From IMG/VR virus record IMGVR_UViG_2718217709_000004: DNA of 23,245 nucleotides, one strand, 5' to 3'. The stretch comes from a virus (Duplodnaviria; Heunggongvirae; Uroviricota; Caudoviricetes). How positions within the stretch are numbered: position 1 is the first letter of the stretch; the number at the start of each line of letters is the position of its first letter. Shown here one piece after another: positions 1 through 8,972 of the stretch. The position numbers and the translations under genes are program-made. A model generated the notes under the pieces. That model was not told the DNA's origin, made no database searches, and was given only the letters and a program-made list of their open reading frames with translations.

Positions 1-68
1 TCTCTTTTAACTGATTTGTTGTGCGAGCATTATGTGCAGTTAACGGCTCACTAGCTAGTGAGAGTTCC

Positions 69-103
69 AAAAAGAAACCCCGCAGTTTTTACGCTGCGGG
101 GTT
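69..103 (-). terminator. rho-independent terminator downstream of the hok-like gene
   Basis: GC-rich 10-bp stem aaccccgcag (76-85) / ctgcggggtt (94-103) with an 8-nt loop; on the minus strand it is followed by a T-rich run. Confidence 0.6.
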
Positions 104-189
104 GTTATTCATGCCTATGAGATAGGGTGCCTTATCGGCCTTACCCCGGCAACCGATTGACGGGGAGTTGCCTCCCCGTCGCGGTTTCC

Positions 190-330
190 TTACTGCTTAC
201 ACTGTAAGAACGCCGCAAACTCCGCTCCCCAGAAGCTCATCCGTATTTCACACAGCGAACCGTGCAGCATCCAGATGATGAGGATTACCGTCACGCAGAA
301 CGTGATGGCCGTAAGCGATTTTTGCGACAT
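190..330 (-). CDS. hok: Hok/Gef-family type I toxin-like membrane peptide (46 aa)
   Basis: Hand translation of the minus strand gives MSQKSLTAITFCVTVILIIWMLHGSLCEIRMSFWGAEFAAFLQCKQ: one hydrophobic helix, then the SLCE(I/L) motif and an AAFLxCK tail as in HokA. AAGGAG RBS lies 6 nt upstream inside an inverted repeat that could sequester it. Too short to appear in the ORF track. Confidence 0.7.
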   Translation of the reverse strand: MSQKSLTAITFCVTVILIIWMLHGSLCEIRMSFWGAEFAAFLQCKQ

Positions 331-519
331 AGCGCTTGCTCCTTTGTTGGAGAGGCGCTAACCTATCACTTGCTAGGTTGACGGGTTAGGGCCTCGGTTA
401 AACAGAAATGTTTTCCGGGGCCTTTCCACATCCGGCCTTCGGGTATTCCCTCCGACCATCAGCCGAAAGGCACCCGCACGTAATCTATCGCTTTTTTGTT
501 ACTCCGGCAATTCTGCCTG

Positions 520-780
520 TTAATTCTGAGGTAAAGGCAAGCTCATCTGATTGTTTCCCCTGTGTGAAGCTGGCAGTTCATGCCACGGGATACCTTCTGA
601 AGAGTGAACGCCGGAGGCGTGTTTCGATGTGAATTTATGGAAAGCTTCCAGTGTTGAGAAGCATACGCCGCATTCCAGGTTGTTACACTGGTAATACTTT
701 TGCCGCACGGTGTTTGAATCATTTTCCGGACGACTGGTGCGGATACGGGCAGATGCGCCACAAAGCGGACAACGGAACAT
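520..780 (-). CDS. ogr: Ogr/Delta-type zinc-finger late gene activator
   Basis: 86-aa ORF beginning MFRCPLCGASARIRTSR...YYQCNNLEC, matching the P2 Ogr pattern MFHCPLC...HQCQNVNC (CxxC...CxxxxC). GGAGG RBS upstream of the ATG. Confidence 0.85.
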   Translation of the reverse strand: MFRCPLCGASARIRTSRPENDSNTVRQKYYQCNNLECGVCFSTLEAFHKFTSKHASGVHSSEGIPWHELPASHRGNNQMSLPLPQN

Positions 781-822
781 AGCGACCTCCCTTAACGTGG
801 TGCTGCCGCTATTCTAAGTTGC

Positions 823-1932
823 TCACTCTGTTTCCGCTATCCATTCCGGGATTTTTGCCTCAAGCTCAAGCTGCGTGGTAAAGCCGCTGTTATCAATAGT
901 GTGCTCGGCTTTTGCAATGATCCAGTCCTGATTATCAATCTCGCTTTTAAATCCTGTTACCGTACCATGCATTTCGGGGTAGAGTTCTGCACGTCCACGC
1001 GCCAGCGTGATGGAGAATGATGCGGCTCCGCGTTGTAGCTGCTGCCACTTTGCCGCCGCTGCGCGTCTTGCTGCCTGTTCGTTCTGATAGGTCTTGCGTA
1101 ACACAAACACATTGCCTTCCGCGCCTTCCATATAATCACCTTCACGGCTGCTGCTTTTCTCCTTTTTGGGTTTTGGCGGTTTGCGGCGTTTCACGCTGAC
1201 TTTTTTCTTTTTCCCGTAATTAAGATCAAGCCAGTAAGCGCGTACCCCCGTATACGCTTCGCGGTCAGCAATGCGGAACTGATGGCGATCGCCACTGCTG
1301 CGCGTGATGGCGAACGAGGGCAACGGCTGGCCCTGTGCGTTCACGCCACCGCCTGGCATGATGAATAACAGATTACCGCTTTTTACCGTAGTGATTGCGC
1401 CCAGCATTTCCGCCATGCGCGTAAGGAAGGACATGTCGCTTTCTTCGGTCTGGTCGGCGTGGTCGATTTCGATATCCATCAGCATTTCGCTGATTTGCGG
1501 TTTCAGACCATACCGATGAGCGATGGCGGATACCACACGCTCAACGGTCACATCATGCCAGGACACCTCACGTTTAACGTTAAATTCATCCCGAAAATCT
1601 GCGCTTCTGGCTGAAACAGTCAGCCTGTCCGGCGGTCCTTCGTGAGCGATTTCATCAACAATGTAAGTGCCTTTTTCTGTCAGCGGTTCTCCCTTCCAGC
1701 CAATGAGAACCGTCAGGCGCGCGCCCCGTGGCGGTAGCTGCAACTGACCATCCGCATCATCCAGCGTGATGGTGAGCTGGTCCGCCTCAAATCCCCGGTT
1801 GTCGGTCAGTGACAGGCTCATCAGGCGCTCTGCCACGCCTGACAGCGTTTTACCCTCCGCGAGAATATCAAAATCCGGCATTTTTACGGGGTCTGTGCCC
1901 TGACTGAGCAATTGCATGGTGGTGTCGGTCAT
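823..1932 (-). CDS. D: P2 gpD-like tail protein (late control gene D)
   Basis: Contains the conserved RLMSLSLTDNRGFEADQL block typical of gpD. Start placed at MTDTTMQLL (ATG 1930-1932) because a GGGAGG RBS precedes it; the ORF-track start at 2064 would add an R/S/T-rich leader. An internal start at MPDFDIL is possible. Confidence 0.8.
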   Translation of the reverse strand: MTDTTMQLLSQGTDPVKMPDFDILAEGKTLSGVAERLMSLSLTDNRGFEADQLTITLDDADGQLQLPPRGARLTVLIGWKGEPLTEKGTYIVDEIAHEGPPDRLTVSARSADFRDEFNVKREVSWHDVTVERVVSAIAHRYGLKPQISEMLMDIEIDHADQTEESDMSFLTRMAEMLGAITTVKSGNLLFIMPGGGVNAQGQPLPSFAITRSSGDRHQFRIADREAYTGVRAYWLDLNYGKKKKVSVKRRKPPKPKKEKSSSREGDYMEGAEGNVFVLRKTYQNEQAARRAAAAKWQQLQRGAASFSITLARGRAELYPEMHGTVTGFKSEIDNQDWIIAKAEHTIDNSGFTTQLELEAKIPEWIAETE

Positions 1933-2089
1933 CTGCTCCCTCCCTGTGCGGCATGGTCGCATGTGCGTGCGGAGGGGGTTACTGCTTTTTGTTGTCGCCG
2001 TGGCGAGAGAACGGCGCAGGGGTGAGATTACGCGCGTGGTGGGTGATGATTGTTGCCGAATCATTTAACGGATACAAGGGGCTGAAGCT

Positions 2090-3274
2090 ATGAGTGAAAC
2101 TCGTTTTCATGGTGCCCGTGTTACGGAAAATACCGACCTGGTAACAGCGATTAACGATGTTGATTCCAGCGTTATCGGTATCGTGGCAACGGCGGATGAT
2201 GCGGACGCGAAGCTGTTCCCGCTGAACAAGCCCACACTGCTGACCCGCGTCAATGACGTGCTGGGAAAATGCGGGACAACGGGGACGCTTTATCGTGCGC
2301 TTAAGGCCATCGCAGACCAGGTGAGTACAAAGGTGATCGTCGTTCGCGTGGCTGAACACAAAGAAGAAGACGGAAAAACGCAGGATCAACTGGTTATCGG
2401 TGGTTCTGAATCTGACGGCAGCTATACGGGGATGTATGCGCTGCTTGTTGCAGAGCAGGATGAAAGCATCGGATACCGTCCGCGTATTCTGGCCGCGCCG
2501 GAGCTGGACACGGAGGCGGTAACAAAATCCCTGTGCGTGATTGCGGGTAAACTGCGCGCGTTTGTGTATGCCTCATGTCACGGCTGTAACACGATGGCTG
2601 AGGCGATTACCTACCGCCAGAAATTCAACGAACGTGAGGTGATGCTCTTATGGCCGGACTTCATCGCCTACAACCCGAAAAGTGGCAAAAACGAAACGTT
2701 CCCCGCGCCTGCCTATGCGTGCGGCCTTCGTGCGTACATTGACCATGAGCAGGGTTGGCACAAATCGCTGTCCAACGTTCCGGTTAAAAATGTGCTGGGG
2801 ATGTCCAGGCATGTGTTCTGGTCGTTGCAGGCCGAAGACAGTGATGCCAACAGCCTCAACAACAAAGAAATCACGACCATTATTCGTCGCAACGGGTTCC
2901 GCTTCTGGGGCAACCGCACACCGGAAACGAACGCCTACATCTTTGAGGTGTATACCCGAACCGCACAGGTGCTGGCTGATTCAATTGCGGAAGCGCAGTT
3001 TGAAACCATCGATAGTCCACTGACGCCTGCGAACGTGAAGGATGTTATCAGTGCCATCAGGGCAAAACTGGATTCACTGGTGACTGCCGGGAAACTGATT
3101 GGGGCGTCGTGCTGGTATGACGTGGTGGATAACAGCACCACGAATTTACGTCAGGGGCGTGTGCGTATTCGCTACAAATATACGCCCGTTCCTCCGCTGG
3201 AAGACATGGAGCTTTACCAGTCGTTTACTGATGAATTCTTTGGTCCCGCATTTGCGGTGCTGGGAGGTGCCTGA
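2090..3274 (+). CDS. FI: tail sheath protein (P2 gpFI-like)
   Basis: 394-aa ORF of P2 FI size, immediately followed by tube, chaperone and tape measure genes; the stop overlaps the FII start (ATGA). Confidence 0.85.
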   Translation: MSETRFHGARVTENTDLVTAINDVDSSVIGIVATADDADAKLFPLNKPTLLTRVNDVLGKCGTTGTLYRALKAIADQVSTKVIVVRVAEHKEEDGKTQDQLVIGGSESDGSYTGMYALLVAEQDESIGYRPRILAAPELDTEAVTKSLCVIAGKLRAFVYASCHGCNTMAEAITYRQKFNEREVMLLWPDFIAYNPKSGKNETFPAPAYACGLRAYIDHEQGWHKSLSNVPVKNVLGMSRHVFWSLQAEDSDANSLNNKEITTIIRRNGFRFWGNRTPETNAYIFEVYTRTAQVLADSIAEAQFETIDSPLTPANVKDVISAIRAKLDSLVTAGKLIGASCWYDVVDNSTTNLRQGRVRIRYKYTPVPPLEDMELYQSFTDEFFGPAFAVLGGA

Positions 3275-3786
3275 TGGCTGTACCAAAACATCTTCGCTTT
3301 TTTACGCTGTTTGTGGATGGTGAAAACGAAGTGGGTAAGGTGACGTCCGTCACCCTGCCTAAACTGACGCGCAAAACCGACAGCTACCGGGGTGGTGGCA
3401 TGATGGGTGCGGTAAGTATTGATCTCGGTCTGGACGACTCCGCGCTTGATGCGAGCTTTGTCATGGGGGGCGCAGTTCGTGAGCTGTTCCTTAAGTATGG
3501 CGGCACGATTGACGGCACGCTACTGCGTTTTGCGGGTGAATACTACACCGATGCAGAAAGCGACCTGTATGAAGTCGAAATGCGCGGACGCGTGACGGAA
3601 ATTGATATGGGGGAAGCCAAACAGGGCGAAGCCACATCACACACTTACGCCATTAAAAACACCTACTACAAGCTGAGTGTTAACGATCGTCCGTTGTGGG
3701 AGATTGACCTGCTGAACTTCATTTACCGGAAGGACGGCAAGGACATTGTGCCCGATCGCATCCGTTCCGCGCTTGGGCTTGGCTGA
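3274..3786 (+). CDS. FII: tail tube protein (P2 gpFII-like)
   Basis: 170-aa ORF translationally coupled to FI; size and position match gpFII. Confidence 0.85.
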   Translation: MAVPKHLRFFTLFVDGENEVGKVTSVTLPKLTRKTDSYRGGGMMGAVSIDLGLDDSALDASFVMGGAVRELFLKYGGTIDGTLLRFAGEYYTDAESDLYEVEMRGRVTEIDMGEAKQGEATSHTYAIKNTYYKLSVNDRPLWEIDLLNFIYRKDGKDIVPDRIRSALGLG

Positions 3787-3840
3787 TAAGTAATATGCAG
3801 GCGGCGCAGTGCGTCGCCTCTGACTGAAAGGAGTTTCCTG

Positions 3841-4206
3841 ATGAAAGAGACGAAAAACATCGATACCGAAAACACGGTAGTTGCTGACACTGTGAAAGAA
3901 ACCAGTGAGCGTGGCGTAAAACTTACCCAACCAATTGAGCGAGGCGGCGAAAAAATCACGTATGTGGAGATCACCGGGGCTATTGAGCAGGCTGGATCTC
4001 TGCGAGATTTGTCGCTGTCTGATGTGCTGAATCTGAAAGCGGAATCCATGTTTACGCTGCTGTCACGAGTGACATCACCGCGACTGGATGAAGTGACGAT
4101 CAAAAAAATGGCATCCCGTGACTTTATTCAGTTATGTGTGGTTGCCGTAAATTTTTTGAGCGGTGCGGACTCTGGCGGGAAGAACGAACAGGCGACGGAA
4201 GCCTGA
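3841..4206 (+). CDS. E: tail assembly chaperone (P2 gpE-like)
   Basis: 121-aa acidic protein between tube and tape measure genes; carries a slippery TTTTTTG near its 3' end. Confidence 0.8.
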   Translation: MKETKNIDTENTVVADTVKETSERGVKLTQPIERGGEKITYVEITGAIEQAGSLRDLSLSDVLNLKAESMFTLLSRVTSPRLDEVTIKKMASRDFIQLCVVAVNFLSGADSGGKNEQATEA

Positions 4207-4370
4207 TCACGGTTGTGTGCTTTGAGCACATAGAAGACTTTGTGGCAGATATTGCCGTTATTTTTAACTGGTCGCCCGCCGAAATCTTCATGATGACGCC
4301 CGGCGAAGTGGTTAGCTGGCGTGAGCGGGCGGCACTTCGCAGCGGGAATGCAGACAATGAAGACTCTTGA
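3841..4370 (+). CDS. E+E' frameshift product (programmed -1 frameshift)
   Basis: Slippery heptamer T TTT TTG at 4152-4158 in the E frame; the -1 frame stays open to 4370 (same frame as track ORF 4134..4370) and ends overlapping the T start. This is the conserved chaperone frameshift arrangement. Confidence 0.65.
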
Positions 4371-7164
4371 TATCCGGGTCGCTTTCAGCGCCGTTGACAG
4401 GCTGACCCAGCCTGCCGAAAACGCCCGCCGCCTGATGGGGCAGTTTGGTGACTCCATCCAGCGAACGCAGGGGGCGATCAAAAATCTCGAGCGTCAGGCG
4501 CGTTCATTTGAGCGCGCCCGCGACGCTGTCAGTAAAGCGGATGCGGGTATCGTGAAAGCACGACGCCAGCTTAACGCCCTTAATCAGTTACAACGCACGG
4601 GTACAGTGCTCAGCGAAAAACAACAAAAGCTGATGCAGCAGTTAAGCACCCGGCTTGAACGCCTGAATGAATCGCGCACGCGGGAAATTCAGAAAATGCG
4701 GGAGCTTGGCGGAGAGCTGAAACGCCACGGCATTTCCCTGACAGGCAGCGATAACACCATCCAGCAGGCCATCAGACGCACCGAACAGTACAACAATCAG
4801 CTTGAACGCGAACGGCAGGCGCTTGCGCGTGTAACGCGGGCGCGTGAGCGGTATTCGCGCGCGCAGGAAACAGCGGGAAAACTGAAAACAGGTGGTGCAC
4901 TGGCAATTGGTGCGGCAGCGGCGGGCGGCTATGCTGCCGGGCGTTTTTTGCAGCCTGCGATCGGGTTCGGGAAAGAGATGTCCCGCGTTCAGGCACTGAC
5001 GCGAATCGACCAGAACAGCCCGCAGTTTAAGGCGCTGCGTGAGCAGGCGTTAAAACTTGGCTCTGAAACGCAGTTCACCGCAGGCGATGCCGCCAGTGGG
5101 CAGGCATTTCTGGCAATGGCTGGCTTCACACCGCAGGCCATTCAGGCTGCGCTTCCCGGCGTGCTGAGCATGGCAACGGCTGGCGGTATGGACCTTGGCG
5201 AGACGGCAGATATTGGCTCAAATATCCTGACGCAGTTCGGCCTCTCCGCTGACCAGATGGACCGGGTCGGTGACACGCTTACAGCAGTGTTTACCCGTAC
5301 TAACACTGACCTTCGCGCACTGGGCGAAACCATGAAATATGCAGGTCCGGTGGCGGGTAAGCTGGGAATATCGCTGGAGCAGGCCGCAGCGATGGCGGGC
5401 GTGCTGGCGAATATGGGTATCAGAGGGAGTGATGCCGGGACGGCAATGCGTGCCAGCCTGGCTCGTCTGGCATCACCGCCAAAGGCGGCAGCAGAAGCGC
5501 TGAAAGAGCTGGGTGTGTCCGTCTCTGATGCGAACGGCAAAATGCGCCCGATGGAAGATGTGCTGGCCGACCTTTATAAAGCCACCCGTAAATACGGGGA
5601 AGTTGACCGGGTATCGTTCTTTAAGGACATTGCCGGGGAAGAGGCTTTCACGTCGTTTATGGCTCTCGTTGATGCGGCGGGTGACGGCTCCCTGCCCAAA
5701 CTGAGAAAAGAACTTGAGGGCGCACGCGGTGAGGCTGAACGCACGGCAAAGGTTATGGCCAATAACCTTGATGGCGACCTGAAATCACTCGGCAGTGCAT
5801 GGGAAGGGCTGCGTATCCGCATTGCAGATCTGATTGATGGTCCGCTGCGTTCTGTCACGCAGTGGCTCACGCGGGTGGTCTCAAAGGTGACGGCGCTGGC
5901 ACAGGCCCATCCGGTACTGACGCGCCAGTTACTGATAGCAGGCGGTGCGCTGCTGGCAATGACTGCAACGGTTGGCTCGTTGTCGCTGGTTATTGGAGTG
6001 CTTCACGGGAAGCTGGCCACGTTGCGTCTTGGTTTTTCTCTCCTGACCGGATCAATGAATGCTGTCAGGCTCCTGCCAGCACTATGGGGAATGGTGACGG
6101 GTTCCGTTTCGTTACTGGGGGGCGCTATCGGGGCGCTGTTCAGCCCGGTCGGATTGATTGCTGCTGCGTTTGTGGCTGCGGCAGTTCTCATCTGGAAATA
6201 CTGGGAACCCATCAAGGCGTTTTATGCCGGGGTGTTCAGCGGGATTATGGAGCGGCTGGCCCCGTTACGCGAAACCTTTGAACGGTTTGGTCCTGTTTTT
6301 GACGCAATCGGAAGCGGGATAAGTCAGGTGTTTAACTGGTTTAAATCGTTGCTGTCACCGATGGAGTCCAGCAAGGAAACGCTGGATAAATGTACCAGTG
6401 CTGGCGAGATATTCGGTAACGTTCTTGGCGGTGCGTTACAGCTTGTTCTGACGCCCGCAAAAATGTTGCTGGATACGCTGGCGTGGATACTTGAAAAACT
6501 CGGTGTGCTTCCGGATGAAGCGGAAAGGGCGAGAAAGAAAATCGAAGACGCACAGCGTGCGGCCATTCTTCAGGACAAGGTTGCTCTGTTTCAGGGAGAC
6601 ATTGCGAAAATCAATCCGCCGAAGTCTGCGGAAAATGGCAATGGCACCGGAGGTGATAAACCCAAAGACAATAAACCGCTCACAGACAGCAATACCGGTA
6701 CGCTACGCAGACTCAGCAAAATTGCTGATAACACAGGTAAGCTGGTTGATGAGACGAAAAAACGTATTGGCCCCGGCGATATTGTCTTTAAGAACCTGCC
6801 CCGCGCACTTGCCGTTCGTGGGGAGTGGCAGGAGCGGAAGATTGTGCAGGTCAGTAAGCCTGCCCCCGCAATTAATATCACACCCGTGGTCCCGGCTCCG
6901 CTGCCTCCGGCGCTGGTCCCTGTTGTTGCGGCCAGCTCCCGCCCGGTGGCGGAGGCCATACGATCTCCAGTGGCATCAGTTCCTGTAACTTCCCGTAACC
7001 GGGAGCCTGTTGCCTCCGGATTTGGTGGTGAAATTCATGTTCATCTGCATAACGTTGTTACGCAGAATCCCCGCGAACTGGCGAAACTGGTCGGTGAAAT
7101 GGTCAGGGCAGAAATGGAACGGCGCGCCCGTGCCGGGCGTGGCAGTTTTTACGATAAAGATTGA
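4357..7164 (+). CDS. T: tail tape measure protein (P2 gpT-like)
   Basis: Long ORF (about 940 aa) with an N-terminal coiled-coil region, central hydrophobic/Gly-Ala-rich segments and a Pro-rich C-terminus. Start is uncertain between 4321, 4348 and 4357; 4357 (MKTLDIRV) overlaps the E' stop. Confidence 0.85.
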   Translation: MKTLDIRVAFSAVDRLTQPAENARRLMGQFGDSIQRTQGAIKNLERQARSFERARDAVSKADAGIVKARRQLNALNQLQRTGTVLSEKQQKLMQQLSTRLERLNESRTREIQKMRELGGELKRHGISLTGSDNTIQQAIRRTEQYNNQLERERQALARVTRARERYSRAQETAGKLKTGGALAIGAAAAGGYAAGRFLQPAIGFGKEMSRVQALTRIDQNSPQFKALREQALKLGSETQFTAGDAASGQAFLAMAGFTPQAIQAALPGVLSMATAGGMDLGETADIGSNILTQFGLSADQMDRVGDTLTAVFTRTNTDLRALGETMKYAGPVAGKLGISLEQAAAMAGVLANMGIRGSDAGTAMRASLARLASPPKAAAEALKELGVSVSDANGKMRPMEDVLADLYKATRKYGEVDRVSFFKDIAGEEAFTSFMALVDAAGDGSLPKLRKELEGARGEAERTAKVMANNLDGDLKSLGSAWEGLRIRIADLIDGPLRSVTQWLTRVVSKVTALAQAHPVLTRQLLIAGGALLAMTATVGSLSLVIGVLHGKLATLRLGFSLLTGSMNAVRLLPALWGMVTGSVSLLGGAIGALFSPVGLIAAAFVAAAVLIWKYWEPIKAFYAGVFSGIMERLAPLRETFERFGPVFDAIGSGISQVFNWFKSLLSPMESSKETLDKCTSAGEIFGNVLGGALQLVLTPAKMLLDTLAWILEKLGVLPDEAERARKKIEDAQRAAILQDKVALFQGDIAKINPPKSAENGNGTGGDKPKDNKPLTDSNTGTLRRLSKIADNTGKLVDETKKRIGPGDIVFKNLPRALAVRGEWQERKIVQVSKPAPAINITPVVPAPLPPALVPVVAASSRPVAEAIRSPVASVPVTSRNREPVASGFGGEIHVHLHNVVTQNPRELAKLVGEMVRAEMERRARAGRGSFYDKD

Positions 7165-7176
7165 GGAGTCATGGCC

Positions 7177-7665
7177 ATGATGATGATCTACGGCATGTTT
7201 GTTTTTGAGCTGCGCACGCTGCCGCATCAGCAGTTACAGCAAAACAAAAGCTGGCGGCATGTGAAAAATGAACGCGTTAACCGTTCAGCAAGCTGGCAGT
7301 ATATCGGTGCAGGTGATGATCGCATCGTTCTTTCTGGTGTGCTTTATCCTGAAATTACAGGTGGCGAAGTGTCGCTGTCGCTGCTGACCACGCAGGCGTA
7401 TACAGGACGACCCTGGCCTTTGATTGATGGCGTCGGGCAGATTTACGGCATGTATGTCCTGACCGGAACGAACACGACCCGTTCCGAGTTTGATCGCTAC
7501 GGTAAGGCGAAAAAGATAGAATTTTCACTGACCCTTGAACGCTGTGATGAGGATTTGCGGGAGCGCCTGCAATCCTCATCGTTCAGCGATATGCTGTCCG
7601 GCTTCAAAGATAAAGTGACATCATCCCTTAACAGCGCGGCCAGTTCAGTTAAAGGGCTGTTCTGA
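7177..7665 (+). CDS. U: tail protein gpU-like
   Basis: Motifs VLSGVLYPEITGG and WPLIDG...IYGMYV parallel P2 gpU. Start chosen at the second or third ATG (7177) for spacing from the GAGGAG RBS at 7163-7168. Confidence 0.8.
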   Translation: MMMIYGMFVFELRTLPHQQLQQNKSWRHVKNERVNRSASWQYIGAGDDRIVLSGVLYPEITGGEVSLSLLTTQAYTGRPWPLIDGVGQIYGMYVLTGTNTTRSEFDRYGKAKKIEFSLTLERCDEDLRERLQSSSFSDMLSGFKDKVTSSLNSAASSVKGLF

Positions 7666-7682
7666 TTTAATGCTGGCCACTC

Positions 7683-7714
7683 ATACCTGGTAATAAGTGG
7701 CCAGTCTTAACACT
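7683..7714 (+). terminator. hairpin downstream of U (possible terminator)
   Basis: 9-bp stem ctggccact / agtggccag with a 14-nt loop; the downstream tract is only weakly T-rich. Confidence 0.35.
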
Positions 7715-7827
7715 CACCATTTGATTGCACCCGCGTTAACGATTTGTTACTGGGTATCAGACATGCTGGATAGCCAGTAGAAACATACCATTAAAATTAT
7801 TACAATAATTGGTCACATGATTATCTT

Positions 7828-8391
7828 ATGCTGAATAATAGAGATATGAATATTAATGAACTTAAAGACTGTATTCACTATGAAGTAATCGGTAGCGAGC
7901 GTCCTTTCTCCTGGCGAAAGGCAATTGTTCGCGCAATAAAACATAGAAGACTTCGTTATTTATTTTGGTGGCGCATAGCCAAATACCTTTTTGATAAAGG
8001 CGGATACTGCCGGAAGATTGCGGGGAAAATAGAACGTTTCATTCTTGATAAATATAATGTAACAGTCCCTTTAACTGTAAATATAGGGAAAGGCTTTGAT
8101 ATTTCTTATCTCAACAGTGTTGTTATCGGTCACAAAGTAACAATCGGTGAAAATTGTTCAATAAAACCGGGGGTAACTATTGGGCTACGTGGTGATTTTA
8201 ATGATATGGATATTGTTATAGGACATAATGTGACCATTGGTTGTAATGCCACCATTCTTGGTGGCAAAGTGCGTATAGGAAACAATGTCACAATAGGTGC
8301 TCATGCATTGGTATTGCATGATATTCCTGATGATTCAACATTCATCACTAAATTTCAGTCTGAAGTTATCTGCTCGTCCTCCCGCACATAA
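7828..8391 (+). CDS. hexapeptide-repeat (left-handed beta-helix) acetyltransferase, serine acetyltransferase/WcaB-like; cargo gene
   Basis: Repeated [LIV]-G-x-x-x-x hexads ([21 protein letters not shown]...[34 protein letters not shown]) and an N-terminal [13 protein letters not shown] segment typical of this acetyltransferase class. The region 7680-8400 is markedly AT-rich against GC-rich phage flanks. Start codon uncertain (7828 or 7846). Confidence 0.75.
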   Translation: MLNNRDMNINELKDCIHYEVIGSERPFSWRKAIVRAIKHRRLRYLFWWRIAKYLFDKGGYCRKIAGKIERFILDKYNVTVPLTVNIGKGFDISYLNSVVIGHKVTIGENCSIKPGVTIGLRGDFNDMDIVIGHNVTIGCNATILGGKVRIGNNVTIGAHALVLHDIPDDSTFITKFQSEVICSSSRT

Positions 8392-8972
8392 CCCTGATTC
8401 ATCAGCTCTGGCCATACGATATCCGGAGCTGTACTGGTGTCAATTCTACTCACTAATACTCTGTATTTTCTCCAGGAATCCAGTTGTGAATTTTCCTCGT
8501 TTGTTGCTATTTCAAGATTAACTGCATCCTGCAGAATTGCGATGTTATCTGTTGCCTCCTGGATCAACCTTGCCTTTTTCTCTTCCGCTTCCCGTATCCG
8601 AAACAGCTTTTCTGCTTCCTCATCCTTCACCCAGGATACGCCGTCCCACTTCTGATATTCCCCTGCTGGCGACAACCAGGTGACATTCTCTGGTAGCGGT
8701 CCGGGTTCAGAAATAAACAACGCGTCCCCCGATGCCACGTCATAGACCGTTTTACCACGATGGTCTTCAACAATATTCCACGATTCATTTTCACTGTTAA
8801 AAATTGCCACAAAGCCAGCAGGAATTTCCGGTGGGGCGATATCTGTAGAATTAGCTGGCAGCCCTGTATGAGGTGGAATATATGCGTCACCTTCACCAAT
8901 AAACTCATTAGTTCCGGCCAGCAGGTTATAAATTTTTACAGTACGTGATTGTTCACTCATTCTGAATGCCAT
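8355..8972 (-). CDS. G: tail fibre assembly chaperone (P2 gpG / Tfa-like)
   Basis: 205-aa ORF directly downstream of the tail fibre gene with the C-terminal [23 protein letters not shown] signature. Its last ~12 codons overlap the acetyltransferase gene in antisense. Confidence 0.8.
   Translation of the reverse strand: MAFRMSEQSRTVKIYNLLAGTNEFIGEGDAYIPPHTGLPANSTDIAPPEIPAGFVAIFNSENESWNIVEDHRGKTVYDVASGDALFISEPGPLPENVTWLSPAGEYQKWDGVSWVKDEEAEKLFRIREAEEKKARLIQEATDNIAILQDAVNLEIATNEENSQLDSWRKYRVLVSRIDTSTAPDIVWPELMNQGYVREDEQITSD

Noticed and set aside
408-632. Plus-strand 74-aa ORF, and the minus-strand 543..761 ORF
   Set aside because: Both overlap the ogr gene or the hok leader in antisense or alternate frame, lack an RBS and look compositionally non-coding. 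The ogr frame (520..780) explains the region.
1979-2389. Minus-strand 136-aa ORF across the FI start
   Set aside because: Antisense to the well-supported tail sheath gene and the divergent promoter region; R/C-rich junk-like translation.
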